Shown: positions 13,772 through 21,900, counted from the first letter of the whole stretch. The stretch is 63,205 nucleotides of DNA, filler included, from 8 parts of 8 records of this genome joined end to end with filler, not necessarily neighbours in it; one strand, 5' to 3'. Numbers and translations are program-made. Notes: generated by a model not told the origin, from the letters alone.

Positions 13772-14158
13772 ATGGCAACGGCATTGGAACTGAAACAAAA
13801 AGGGGGCATGCATCGCTACAAATTGGAGCTGCCCCAATTTGCACCCAAGAAGCTATCGTTGGAGGCGCTGCAACTGCGCGAACGATTGCTGGAAAAAGCG
13901 AGAGAAGCTGCAACAGTGCTGAAATCCAGCTTTGGGGCTCGCCGTGTCATTCTATTCGGATCATTTGCACATCACGCCTGGTTCAGGCCGGATGCCGACA
14001 TAGATATCGCAGTCGAAGGGCTTCCTGTCTGCAATTTCTGGGAAGCCTGGAAAACCGTGGAAGAAATCATCCCGGACAGACCCGTGGATCTGGTCGATAT
14101 GGAAACAGCGATTACTGCACTGAAGCGCTCTATAAGGCGTCACGGGATAGAACTGTGA
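13772..14158 (+). CDS. Minimal nucleotidyltransferase (MNT) antitoxin
   Basis: VILFGS...DADIDIAV and VDLVD motifs. Its stop overlaps the next gene start (GTGA). Confidence 0.88.
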   Translation: MATALELKQKGGMHRYKLELPQFAPKKLSLEALQLRERLLEKAREAATVLKSSFGARRVILFGSFAHHAWFRPDADIDIAVEGLPVCNFWEAWKTVEEIIPDRPVDLVDMETAITALKRSIRRHGIEL

Positions 14159-14646
14159 GCCATCTCTTAACGGAAATTGCCGAGAGGATACGCGGTGAAG
14201 TCCCAGAATTGGAGCGTATGATAAAACGTGCCCAAACAGGATGGGATAAAGCCGGCATGACTACGACCGAGCAAGACCTTTATCTAGACTCGGTGGCCCT
14301 TAACCTTCACGGCATCTATTCAGGCATCGAAAAGTTATTTGAACTTATTGCAGTCCATCTTGATGACAGCCCTCCTACAGGCGAGACCTAGCACCGTGAT
14401 TTGCTTCGAAAAATGACTCAAGAAGTGCCTGGCCTACGCCCTGCGGTTGTGGCTTGTGACAGGCTGCCAAGGCCGGATGAATTAAGACGATTTCGACATC
14501 TTGTCCGGAACGTCTATACCTTTAACCTTGTCCCGGAGAAAGTGGCACCTATCATTGCTGGACTTTCAGAATTGTGGATTCCATTGAAAGACGAGCTTTT
14601 GGCTTTTGCCGAATACACCGCCCACATGACCGAACAACAAGAGTAA
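14155..14646 (+). pseudogene. HEPN (HepT-like) RNase toxin interrupted by a TAG at 14389-14391
   Basis: One frame reads ...LNLHGIYSGIEKLFELIA...PTGET*HRDLL...RRFRHLVRNVY. The stop sits where this family has Trp (W-H-x-x-L-L), consistent with TGG>TAG. Confidence 0.8.
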
Positions 14647-14891
14647 GATTCTTTGAGCAGATCGGCTTTCTGTTCTGGCTTTCTTATGAATTTCAAATAG
14701 GAATCTTCATATCGATGTGTGACGCCGGGATATTTGGCAAGTTGAAGGAACAGCAGTATCTTCAAAAAAACAGGCGCATGAAAAAAAAGAACTTTTTCTG
14801 AAACAGTCCGCTGTATTCTGCCGCTGAGATTAATAAGAAGTAGACCACAAGAAAGGCTGTTTTAATAAGATGAGGTAACATGTCACCCAAC

Positions 14892-14926
14892 AAAAAAGGG
14901 ATTACGCATTTAACGTAACCCCTTTA
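14892..14926 (-). terminator. Hairpin with T-tract directly downstream of the tRNA 3' fragment
   Basis: AAAAAAGGGATTACG-CATTTAA-CGTAACCCCTTT. Confidence 0.6.
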
Positions 14927-14936
14927 TTTTATTAAA

Positions 14937-14965
14937 TGGTGCCGAAGGCGGGACTTGAAACCGCC
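14937..14965 (-). repeat. tRNA-Leu-type 3'-end fragment (att core of an integrated element), not a full tRNA
   Basis: Minus strand reads GGCGGTTTCAAGTCCCGCCTTCGGCACCA (T-arm, 3' acceptor strand, CCA). No D-arm or anticodon arm upstream. Confidence 0.8.
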
Positions 14966-15373
14966 CTTGCCTAGCAAGCTGCTGTTTTAACAGAGTTTTT
15001 GATGCATATTTTATAGGGTGCACAACAGGTGATCGATTTTTGAGCCACTCACGCCACTTTTAACAACCCCAAAACACCACCACCAACCATATCCTGATCA
15101 CATCCCAGTAGCACCTTTATACAATTTTTTAACAGCATACACTATCAGTTAAATTAAGTTATATTAAGTTAAAATTTTTCAACCCTAAAAATTTGTCTGA
15201 AAATTAAACTTAAAAAAAATTATTTTCATTTCCGGAAACGCTGAAACCCGCAGTATAACTGAATATAACTAAAATTAAAATTATAATGGTTGACAAATTC
15301 ATTTTTATATGATTTACTGCTAGACTTAGGGATAATATATATAAATATAATTACAGTATGAGGTAAATAATAT

Positions 15374-15580
15374 ATGAAAAATTTACAGCATGTTGAGCCT
15401 AGTCCATACAAAAAGATTTTAAAATCTTTAGGCGTTACTCAAAACATACTAGCAAAAAATCTTGGCATACCACAGTCTAGTATGAATCTGATGCTAAACG
15501 GATTACAGGAAATGACGCCAGAAGTAAATTTTGAAATTTGTGAACTTATTACTTGTATGCAGAAGAAACAGAAACATTAA
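15374..15580 (+). CDS. Small XRE/Cro-like HTH protein
   Basis: LGVTQNILAKNLGIPQSSMNLMLNG HTH. GAGG RBS. TTGACA at 15290. Confidence 0.8.
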   Translation: MKNLQHVEPSPYKKILKSLGVTQNILAKNLGIPQSSMNLMLNGLQEMTPEVNFEICELITCMQKKQKH

Positions 15581-15684
15581 AATTTATTTAGCAGTTTGCC
15601 TGTTGTGGCACTACGGGGCGTGGGCCAGATTCCCCCGGATCTGGCACGCCACAACAGGCGATCCTTCGGGGGGAGGATGCGAAA

Positions 15685-16344
15685 ATGGAGAGTCAGGCAG
15701 AGGCTCTGAGAAAACGAAATACTACTACACCACTTAGCTATCAACAGAGGTTTGACAGATTTATTGATGGGCTAATTTATCAGGCAGAGAGTCAGGCTGA
15801 TTCAGAGGATGCACACCTATTATTTTTAGCCAGATCAAAGCTAGTTAAGGACTTAGCAAAAGTTAATGGAATTGATGATAGGTATTTATTTAAACGTTTT
15901 CCACGAGAATTATCCTACTCAAAGGAAAGTGTTTTTCCACGGGCATGGATAGAGCGGGATAAACGTATAATGGAAATGATGGAGCGCTATCCATTAGTAA
16001 TAAAAATTTTAAACTATCTTTTTAACATTAATAGGCGTTTAAAACCTGCAGAGGTGGAAGGCAACCCAGAATATAATGGAAGACCAATGGCCATATTTAC
16101 AGCAGATAGAGAGTTTTATGATGCTATTGTTAATACCTTGGGAACATCAAAGCGGACAGTGCAAATGTATATTAAAGGTTTTTTGACAGTGGGTTTATTA
16201 CAGATAGTTAATACGCTGGAAAGTAATATTAAAATTTTCAGTGATGGATACTATACACAATTTTCAGACAGACAGAGGAAGGTTTCATACATTAAAAATG
16301 ATGCTATTAACAAGCAGGCATTAAGATCATTTAAACCGTTGTAA
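15685..16344 (+). CDS. Hypothetical protein, putative winged-helix replication initiator
   Basis: GGAGG RBS. C-terminal HTH-like segment (IVNTLGTSKRTVQMYIKGFLTVGLL). Directly followed by repeated 11-mers. Confidence 0.55.
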   Translation: MESQAEALRKRNTTTPLSYQQRFDRFIDGLIYQAESQADSEDAHLLFLARSKLVKDLAKVNGIDDRYLFKRFPRELSYSKESVFPRAWIERDKRIMEMMERYPLVIKILNYLFNINRRLKPAEVEGNPEYNGRPMAIFTADREFYDAIVNTLGTSKRTVQMYIKGFLTVGLLQIVNTLESNIKIFSDGYYTQFSDRQRKVSYIKNDAINKQALRSFKPL

Positions 16345-16347
16345 TAT

Positions 16348-16442
16348 CAGAATGCAACGTTGCATTCTGCTTTTGCATTCTGCTAGCGTTTTTACTGGCT
16401 ATATCAAAGGCAGAATGCAATGGGAAATATATTGCATTCTGC
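16348..16442. repeat. Five copies of (G)CAGAATGCAA in both orientations, putative iteron origin
   Basis: Copies at 16348(+), 16360(-), 16373(-), 16410(+), 16432(-). 16348-16369 is a perfect 22-bp palindrome. Confidence 0.8.
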
Positions 16443-16946
16443 TGTAAATATTGGATATTATTGGTTAATATCAATGTTAAGGAATTTTAATTATGCCGAC
16501 ATAATAGAAACACTGTTTCCAGTGCCTACTATATGTCATTATATAATTTTATTTTATTTGTTATTGATATCCAATGCCAATAGTAAGCACAAGCGACTTT
16601 TATCAAAGTTGCATTGATAATTTTGGAAATATCAAGAGAATATGAAAAATGAAAATTAACTCTGTGAAAGATAATAAAATGTTGGTTGCCTTAGTTCGCT
16701 GGCGCTCACTGTACAACACAACATTTGGTCAACTTGCTTGCGCAAGTTGTGTTGATAAATAATTTTTGTATATCAGGATAATTAATAAAACCTTGATACA
16801 CAACAATTTACCGCGCCCCATTTATTGGTTTATATTTACAGGGTGCCGCGAACTCAATTTAACCCATTGTTACAATGATTGTGACAATATAACGCAACGC
16901 AAATAAATACAAATTAATACAAATTAAAATAAATAGGAGTAATAAC

Positions 16947-17750
16947 ATGCAAAATGAACGATTACAAATTTTTGGTTTAACCGCATCAGATACACCAAAT
17001 TATGCACGTGAGAGAGTATCTCAGTTATTTGGTGCTGTAGAAAGTAGTTTGCACGAAATGGTAAAAACTATTCGTGAAGTAAAAAATTCTGATTATTCTC
17101 AGTACAAATCATCATATGCAAAGAAATTGAAATCTGAACAGCTACTTATACCACGGCAAAAATTGCACAAAATACTAAAACAACATATAGATAATGCTGC
17201 TGCTGGTATTACGAGAGTACAGAGTAAAATTCTAAATTATTCTGAACCAAAATTAGCAGATAGTCCTACTGAGCAAATAAAATTATCCCTTAAATTCCAA
17301 GAAATACGAACCTTACTTAGAGATAAAAATACACAAGAAAAAATTGCATTAATACAGGATGGTATTGACAATAATGATCCTAGTTTCCTACTCGCTACTG
17401 TTGACTCACCTGTCCCTCTAATACCATCTGAAAAATTATTTGAACTCCGTGAAAAACATGCATATAAACAGGACCCTGAATTGATACACTACTTAGATAT
17501 TACAAAACAAACTGCTGCAATCATACGGAAAAAATGTGTTGATGCAAATGTTTCGCAAATTGAAATGTTAGTGAAGAATAAATTGAACGATCCATTACCA
17601 AAATTTACACATTATCAGACGTTTGTACCACAGAATGCCCATGATAGAAAATTGGCTAACGATCTTATTGAAAAAGAATTTAAAGTTTTATTACAGAAAG
17701 AAAAACTAGAAAATTTCAAGGAGAAAAATTCAGGTATTTCGTTGGGTTAA
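16947..17750 (+). CDS. Hypothetical alpha-helical protein (267 aa)
   Basis: Long ORF in AT-rich DNA with AGGAG RBS. No family recognised. Confidence 0.8.
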   Translation: MQNERLQIFGLTASDTPNYARERVSQLFGAVESSLHEMVKTIREVKNSDYSQYKSSYAKKLKSEQLLIPRQKLHKILKQHIDNAAAGITRVQSKILNYSEPKLADSPTEQIKLSLKFQEIRTLLRDKNTQEKIALIQDGIDNNDPSFLLATVDSPVPLIPSEKLFELREKHAYKQDPELIHYLDITKQTAAIIRKKCVDANVSQIEMLVKNKLNDPLPKFTHYQTFVPQNAHDRKLANDLIEKEFKVLLQKEKLENFKEKNSGISLG

Positions 17751-17834
17751 CAATAACAGGACCATGAGTTCTGATAGTTCCCTGTTGGTGCATCGCCAGC
17801 AGGGATATATATATACATGTAAGGAGAATATAAA

Positions 17835-18323
17835 ATGAAGAAACTAAATGAAAATGAGGTGGATATGCCTGATAGGTTACCCACAAATACACTTAGGTCT
17901 AGTAAAAAAGCGCGGCAAGAGGCATTTTTGACATTATACCCATCTAATATGTTTAATATTTCTAAAACTGCTAGAGATGTGGGTATTTCACGGCGTACCG
18001 TCCACCTGTGGCAACAACAGGATGATGCATTCAGAGAGAAAATGGACGATGCTAGGGAAACCCGTATCGACGTTGTAGAGGCTGTATTATACCAAAAAGC
18101 CGTGAACGGCGATACCATTTCCTGTATTTTTTTCCTGAAGTGTATGGGGAAAAATCGTGGTTGGATAGAACAATCGAAACAGGATATAAAACTGACGGAT
18201 GATCGGCCGCTACGCACCACAGCGGAAAATGATAAAATTATAGAAACCGCATTGAAAATGGAAATGGAGAAACCGAAATGGAATAAGATTTTGGGTTTGA
18301 ATGCTGAGCCCACAGAACACTAA
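17835..18323 (+). CDS. Phage terminase small subunit-like HTH protein
   Basis: AFL...NISKTARDVGISRRTVHLW...DDAF...VEAVLYQKAVNGDTISCIFFLK...RGW, a pattern typical of TerS-like proteins. AAGGAG RBS. Confidence 0.7.
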   Translation: MKKLNENEVDMPDRLPTNTLRSSKKARQEAFLTLYPSNMFNISKTARDVGISRRTVHLWQQQDDAFREKMDDARETRIDVVEAVLYQKAVNGDTISCIFFLKCMGKNRGWIEQSKQDIKLTDDRPLRTTAENDKIIETALKMEMEKPKWNKILGLNAEPTEH

Positions 18324-18560
18324 CACACCACAGCCGACGGGGCAGCTTCCGGTCCCACGGCGCACGGCCACGGACCATCTCCTGCCGTGGCCGACATTAG
18401 GGCATGGGTTTTTCTTTTTCCCCCTGCCCTTTTCTATATGAAACATGGGCTCAAAACTACCTCAAAACCAGGGATTTCAAAAATTGTCAGTTTGACACTT
18501 TCCGTTGATAATCACCTGAAATATGGTGTCATAAAATATCGTTTTCACTGATCCTAATGA

Positions 18561-18630
18561 AATCAAGCACTTACGCATAAATCGAGTTTACATAATTAAT
18601 TATTATCGGACATTACATAAGTTACTGATT
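18561..18630. promoter_or_regulatory. dif-like Xer recombination site (18585-18613) flanked by inverted IHF boxes
   Basis: Minus strand ATGTCCGATAA-TAATTAA-TTATGTAAACT. WATCARNNNNTTR matches at 18561-18573(+) and 18618-18630(-). Confidence 0.6.
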
Positions 18631-18751
18631 ACATTGGCTGCTATTTATATTTTTCTCTTATTTTCAGCTACTTCCATTTTTCGGTTCTCGCAATGTCCGG
18701 AATATTTTGTGACACTCTGACCCCTAAAAACAGGGTGAATATGGGTTCAGC

Positions 18752-18997
18752 CTATTTTTCAGATTCTCCATTTTCAGAAGTTTTTCCCCTTGGTTTCCCT
18801 TCACACAACCAGTATGCATGATTGACCAATTCGCTTTCAGTAGGCGTTTGCTTGTCAAGCGTTTTAGTCTGCTCCAGCTCTAGGGCTTCCACTGGATGAA
18901 ATTTCTCATCATTAAGGATTTTCTTATGAATTTTCAATAGACAATCATAAAATGGATTCTCTTTTTCACCTGAAGTTTCCCAATTTTTTGCAGCTGT
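18752..18997 (-). CDS. C-terminal fragment of an unknown protein running off the contig end
   Basis: Frame is open from the contig edge (TAAKNWETSGEKENPFYDCLLKIHKK...) to the stop at 18752. Confidence 0.45.
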   Translation of the reverse strand, partial: TAAKNWETSGEKENPFYDCLLKIHKKILNDEKFHPVEALELEQTKTLDKQTPTESELVNHAYWLCEGKPRGKTSENGESEK

Positions 18998-19099
18998 TGN
19001 NNNNNNNNNNNNNNNNNNNNNNNNNNNNNNNNNNNNNNNNNNNTTAATTAATTAANNNNNNNNNNNNNNNNNNNNNNNNNNNNNNNNNNNNNNNNNNNN

Positions 19100-19381
19100 G
19101 ATACCGCCGCCGATCCCCACAATGAAAACGGTTCGATCCGTTTCAAGGGCCACCAGTTTCCGGAAAATATCCTGGACCGTCTCAAGGGTTTTGATGCCTT
19201 CACCCTTGCCGATCTCAATGACCCGGGCTTCGGGAAACTGATCTCCGTATAGATGCCGCACATGCCCGTCGGTGATGATGACCGTCAGGGATGGCGGTAA
19301 ATAGGCATGGGTATTTTTGATTTTTTCACCCACGAGGAGGGTTGATTTGCCGGTACTGCCGTGTATTTCAAGGGTATTCAT
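19100..19381 (-). CDS. aroB: 3-dehydroquinate synthase (N-terminal part)
   Basis: IITD, GEGIKTL and DRTVFIVGIGGG motifs. Lies downstream of DAHP synthase. Confidence 0.9.
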
Positions 19382-19422
19382 CCGTATCGCTCCCATTGAA
19401 CAAAGGGTTATTCAAAAAAGGA

Positions 19423-20532
19423 TCAAGCCGCGGCTGCAACGGAGTATCTACCGTTCCCGGCCCCATGGGCCGTTCCCCGGACCGGACCGTTTTGCATCAG
19501 TTGCTCATGGGCCGTTTTCAAGAGGTATTCGGTGGTTTCCCACGAAATGCACTGATCCGTTATGGATACCCCGTATGCCATGGTCTTCAAATCGCCGGTG
19601 TTTTTTTGGTTTCCTTCATTGATGTTGCTCTCCAGCATCATTCCCACCAGCGCATGGTTGCCATCCATTTTCTGGTTGATGACATCCTGCCAGACAATGG
19701 CCTGGTTTTCAAATTTTTTCCATGAATTGGCGTGGGAACAGTCGACCACGATGGCATCCGGCAGGCCCTTGGCTTTCAGCTGGTCCACGGCCTGGCGAAT
19801 GCTGACGGAATCGTAGTTGGGGCGGGTGCCGCCCCGCAGGACCAAGTGGGTATAGGGGTTTCCGGTGGTATTGACGATGCTGGCATGACCGTTGGGGTCA
19901 ATGCCCAGAAAGCTCTGGGCGGATCCGGCCGCGATCATGGCATTGACGGCGTTGGCCAAGCCCCCGTCCGTGCAGTTTTTGAACCCCACCGGCATGGAGA
20001 GGCCGGAGGCCATTTCCCGATGTACCTGGCTTTCTGTGGTGCGGGCTCCGATGGCGGACCAGGTTATCAGTCCGGCAATATATTGCGGTATGAAGGGATC
20101 GAGCATTTCCGTTCCCGTGGGCAGGCCCATTTCCGTTATATCCAGCAGAAGCTTCCGGGCCTTCCGGATTCCGGTCATCATATCGTAGGTGCCGTTCAGA
20201 TGGGGATCATTGATCAAGCCTTTCCAGCCGACGGTGGTTCGCGGTTTTTCAAAATAGACCCGCATGACCACCATCAGGGTTTCTTCTACCTCTTTCCTCA
20301 ACCGGTTCAAACGCGCCGCATAATCCAGCGCGGCAGCCTCATCATGGATGGAACACGGGCCCGCCACCACCAGCATCCGCTTGTCTTCTTTCTTCAGGAT
20401 GCGCTGGATTTCCTCTCTGCTCTTCACTACCATTTCAGCGACTTTTTGTGAGACGGGGAATTCCTTTTTCAGCACGTCGGGGGCCATCAGGGGGTTGAAC
20501 GATTCTACGTTGATATCGTATGTTTTTTTCAT
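19423..20532 (-). CDS. DAHP synthase class I-alpha (AroF/G/H type)
   Basis: GPCSIHD, RVYFEKPRTTVGWKGLINDP, IGARTTESQ, DCSHAN, SITD.C. Confidence 0.96.
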   Translation of the reverse strand: MKKTYDINVESFNPLMAPDVLKKEFPVSQKVAEMVVKSREEIQRILKKEDKRMLVVAGPCSIHDEAAALDYAARLNRLRKEVEETLMVVMRVYFEKPRTTVGWKGLINDPHLNGTYDMMTGIRKARKLLLDITEMGLPTGTEMLDPFIPQYIAGLITWSAIGARTTESQVHREMASGLSMPVGFKNCTDGGLANAVNAMIAAGSAQSFLGIDPNGHASIVNTTGNPYTHLVLRGGTRPNYDSVSIRQAVDQLKAKGLPDAIVVDCSHANSWKKFENQAIVWQDVINQKMDGNHALVGMMLESNINEGNQKNTGDLKTMAYGVSITDQCISWETTEYLLKTAHEQLMQNGPVRGTAHGAGNGRYSVAAAA

Positions 20533-20555
20533 GGGTGACGCTCCTTATTTTGGTA

Positions 20556-20634
20556 AAAAAAGGCCGGGAGAAGCAAAGCTTCACGCGGCCCTTGAAACCA
20601 AAAAAGCCGCGGGCTTGTCTGCCGGCGGCTTTTT
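20556..20634 (-). terminator. Attenuator terminator (20600-20634) and a second hairpin with U-tract (20556-20593) in the DAHP synthase leader
   Basis: Minus strand AAGCCGCCGGC-AGACAA-GCCCGCGGCTTTTTT, then AGGGCCG...GAAGC-TTT-GCTTC...CGGCCTTTTTTT. Confidence 0.8.
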
Positions 20635-20656
20635 ACTGGATGAAATGGGTAATTTC

Positions 20657-20734
20657 TCAGCGGAGCACAGGCAGACAGGTCTTATAAAAATAATACCAAT
20701 AATAAAGAAAGCTGTCTGCAAAATGGTCTGTCAC
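20657..20734 (-). CDS. Aromatic-amino-acid attenuator leader peptide MTDHFADSFLYYWYYFYKTCLPVLR
   Basis: GTG start with AGGA 8 nt upstream. 8 of 9 consecutive codons are Phe/Tyr/Trp. Overlaps alternative hairpins upstream of a terminator. Confidence 0.85.
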   Translation of the reverse strand: MTDHFADSFLYYWYYFYKTCLPVLR

Positions 20735-20848
20735 TGAAGTTTTCCTAAAACGGGAGTTTACTTTGAAGCACTATCTAAAAATACTGCTACAGAAACATCA
20801 TCGGAATGTCAAGATTTTTTTCATTAAAATGGCTCTCAAGAAAAATTT

Positions 20849-21769
20849 TTACCGGTTCATTTCAAATGCCCATTTGAACTTTTCCGCAACCCGAAGGAGG
20901 TTGTGTTCCCAATCCTCCGCAAGGGGGTCCGCAAAGAGAACCTTCCCTCCGATGGCATCGGCAACGGTCTCGGCGCTTTTTTTTGAAAACTGGGGTTGCA
21001 CGAAAACCACCTTGATGCCCTCCTTCCGGGCTTCCCGAATCAATTCCAGGAGCATACGGGGAGACGGCTTTTTCCCTTCCATTTCAATGGGTATCTGCTC
21101 CAGTCCGTACGCTTTTGCGAAATAGCCCCAGGAGGGGTGGTATACCATGAACCCGGCGTTTTTCCCCTTTCTTTGAAACACTTCTTTCAGTTCCCGGTTC
21201 AAATGGCGTAGCTCCGAAAGAAAAGTCTCATAATTTCTTTCATATGACTTGCGGTTTTGGGGATCAGCCTTGATGAGCCCGTCCAGAATGTTTTTTGCCT
21301 GCACCATGACCAGGGGAGGGGAGAGCCAGATATGGGGGTCTTTTGCGCCGGCGGAAATCTTTTTATCCCCATGGTCCGTTTCATGATGCCGGTGTCCACC
21401 CCCTTTCATGTCTATTTTCGTGATCCCCGAATCGGTGTGGACAATTTTCATTTTCGCATTGGCTGCTGAAAATTTCGTAAGCCAGTTCGCTTCAAAGGGC
21501 ACGCCGATTGCGAAATATATTTCGGCTCGCGCCAGATTGACCATTTGGCGGGGTTTGGGCTCATAGGTCGCCGGATTGGCACCGGGAAGCACCATGACGG
21601 AGACATGGACCCGGTCACCCCCGATCTTTTCCACAAAGTACTTCTGTGGGAGAATACTGACCGTCGCATGGAGGCTTTTTTCGGCCATGGCGGGAGTAGG
21701 AAGAGAGAATATACCCCATATGAATGACAGGCAGATAACCGATAGGGGATTGGTGAAAAGCTTTTTCAT
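20849..21769 (-). CDS. znuA: Zn/Mn ABC transporter substrate-binding protein
   Basis: Signal peptide, YEPKP, His-rich loop, DPHIWLSP, YHPSWGYFA. Confidence 0.88.
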   Translation of the reverse strand: MKKLFTNPLSVICLSFIWGIFSLPTPAMAEKSLHATVSILPQKYFVEKIGGDRVHVSVMVLPGANPATYEPKPRQMVNLARAEIYFAIGVPFEANWLTKFSAANAKMKIVHTDSGITKIDMKGGGHRHHETDHGDKKISAGAKDPHIWLSPPLVMVQAKNILDGLIKADPQNRKSYERNYETFLSELRHLNRELKEVFQRKGKNAGFMVYHPSWGYFAKAYGLEQIPIEMEGKKPSPRMLLELIREARKEGIKVVFVQPQFSKKSAETVADAIGGKVLFADPLAEDWEHNLLRVAEKFKWAFEMNR

Positions 21770-21900
21770 GTTCCTGAATGCGCTTCCTTATTTTAAGGTT
21801 TCCGATAGATTGGAAAACGGAGCCGCCGGTCCCGCCCAAGGGGGGGCCGGCGGCTTGAATAATACGAACTATAACCGTCTATCTCGCTTTAAACGGATGT

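Larger units (their letters stand above)
14937..18999. mobile_element. AT-rich integrated phage-satellite/PICI-like element (right end missing)
   Basis: tRNA-derived att, drop in GC, HTH gene, Rep-like gene with iterons, TerS-like gene, dif-like site. No virion structural genes seen. Confidence 0.65.

Noticed and set aside
14389-14391. Programmed amber readthrough (pyrrolysine) in the HEPN gene
   Set aside because: It is a one-base change from a conserved Trp codon within a pseudogene-rich stretch, and no pyl genes are visible.
13642-14391. 249-aa ORF as a single gene
   Set aside because: Its 5' two-thirds overlaps the MNT and DUF4186 genes out of frame. Only the part from GTG 14155 is HEPN-like.
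14937-14965. Complete tRNA gene
   Set aside because: Only the T-arm, 3' acceptor strand and CCA are present, and the T-stem has a mismatch.
16420-16617. 65-aa ORF in the satellite-like element
   Set aside because: It starts within the iteron cluster, has no RBS, and its composition simply reflects AT-rich DNA.
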